64,000 nucleotides of DNA, from NCBI GenBank assembly GCA_016782425.1, contig JADHYN010000001.1, positions 655 to 64,654 on the forward strand, given 5' to 3'. The translations under genes were made by a program, and so were the position numbers. The notes under the pieces are model-generated. The model ran no database searches and was not told the origin of the DNA. It saw only the letters and a program-made list of their open reading frames with translations. Source of the stretch: Candidatus Omnitrophota bacterium (GTDB taxonomy: Bacteria > Omnitrophota > Gorgyraeia > JABMRN01 > RBG-13-46-9). This document shows, piece after piece, positions 63,710 to 64,000 of this stretch. Position 1 is the stretch's first letter. Every line of letters begins with the position of its first letter.

Positions 63710-64000
63710 TTATTTCTTCTCACTTTTCGCCGCAGACTCAAGCTCTTTCACCCGAGCGTTAACAGCGTCAAGTTCTTCTTTAAGAAGCGAAGCCTCTTCC
63801 TTTAACGCCTTTGCCTCGTCTTTTGACGTTGCCTCCGGGTATGCATAACCATACTGCGGGTAACCGTAAGCATAAGGATAGGCTGCTCTAGCCCGGCCCC
63901 GGCCTCTGCCAAAGCCTCTTCCAAATCCTCTGCCACCGCCACGGCCATATCCTAATCCTCTTCCCGGGATAGGGTTTGCGTAACCCGGCACCGGGTAACC
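63710..64000 (-). CDS. DUF5320 family protein (Gly/Arg-rich N-terminus, YPYAYGYP aromatic stretch, C-terminal coiled coil); 5' end probably beyond window
   Basis: ...GYANPIPGRGLGYGRGGGRGFGRGFGRGRGRARAAYPYAYGYPQYGYAYPEATSKDEAKALKEEASLLKEELDAVNARVKELESA is the canonical DUF5320 layout. The frame is open to the window edge, and the ORF-track start is a GTG. Confidence 0.55.
   Translation of the reverse strand, partial: GYPVPGYANPIPGRGLGYGRGGGRGFGRGFGRGRGRARAAYPYAYGYPQYGYAYPEATSKDEAKALKEEASLLKEELDAVNARVKELESAAKSEKK

Noticed and set aside
1656-64000. All other plus-strand ORFs in the track, for example 1656..2057, 4437..4721, 9638..10222, 25482..26549, 31102..31647, 42820..43383, 58768..59499 and 59910..60314
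   Set aside because: Each is fully nested in or antisense to a longer minus-strand gene with clear family motifs. They have typical shadow-ORF composition (Ser/Leu/Pro/Phe-rich), no recognisable motifs, and no independent start or RBS context.
1-64000. tRNA, rRNA, tmRNA or other classical RNA genes
   Set aside because: All intergenic gaps are short, mostly under 150 bp. None contains a recognisable tRNA acceptor/T-arm pattern (GTTCRANYC) or rRNA-like conserved blocks. A tRNAscan or Infernal run would be needed to be certain.

Overview
This is a 64-kb, AT-rich window, apparently from an uncultivated anaerobic bacterium. Nearly every credible gene lies on the minus strand, and I treat the plus-strand ORFs as antisense shadows. 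In window order I recognise the following. (1) A partial NapH/CcoG-like 4Fe-4S membrane protein, a possible methyltransferase-fold protein, a cupin and a secreted GATase1-like protein. (2) An arsenic/thiol-redox island: ACR3, a CcdA-like membrane protein, two thioredoxin-like proteins and a DUF318/ArsP-like permease. (3) An RsbW-like ATPase::GNAT fusion, maf, and an HI0933-family flavoprotein. The flavoprotein 5' end plus upstream ~80 bp reappears as a pseudogene on the far side of an inserted AAA-ATPase (DUF4143) gene. (4) A ~33-kb unidirectional glycan-biosynthesis locus. It carries Wzz, Wzx, a Wzy/O-antigen-ligase-like protein, an initiating polyprenyl-phosphate sugar transferase, three GT4 and one GT2 glycosyltransferases, two GT-C-like membrane proteins, WecB, an epimerase, a formyltransferase, an N-acetyl-sugar amidotransferase, a deacetylase, an SGNH hydrolase and three class-I methyltransferases. 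It also carries a UDP-sulfoquinovose synthase with an unusual Cys-rich N-terminal extension, two alkaline-phosphatase-superfamily paralogues and four B12-binding radical-SAM paralogues. (5) A PAS histidine kinase and nadE. (6) A NikR-associated nickel module: nikR with an upstream palindrome, a porin, and a HupE/UreJ-like permease behind a long structured leader. (7) A dense terminal block of uncharacterised metallocofactor or Fe-S handling genes. These are two NifX/NifB-domain proteins plus a CDF-transporter::NifX fusion, two MinD-like ATPases with ferredoxin inserts, Mrp/ApbC, a radical SAM protein, three DUF5320-like Gly/Arg-rich proteins, DUF89, an MBL hydrolase, thioredoxin, and a CoADR-like flavoprotein with a CoA-binding protein. 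I recognised no rRNA, tRNA, CRISPR array, transposase or integrase. All family assignments rest on motifs I recognise in the supplied translations, not on database searches.
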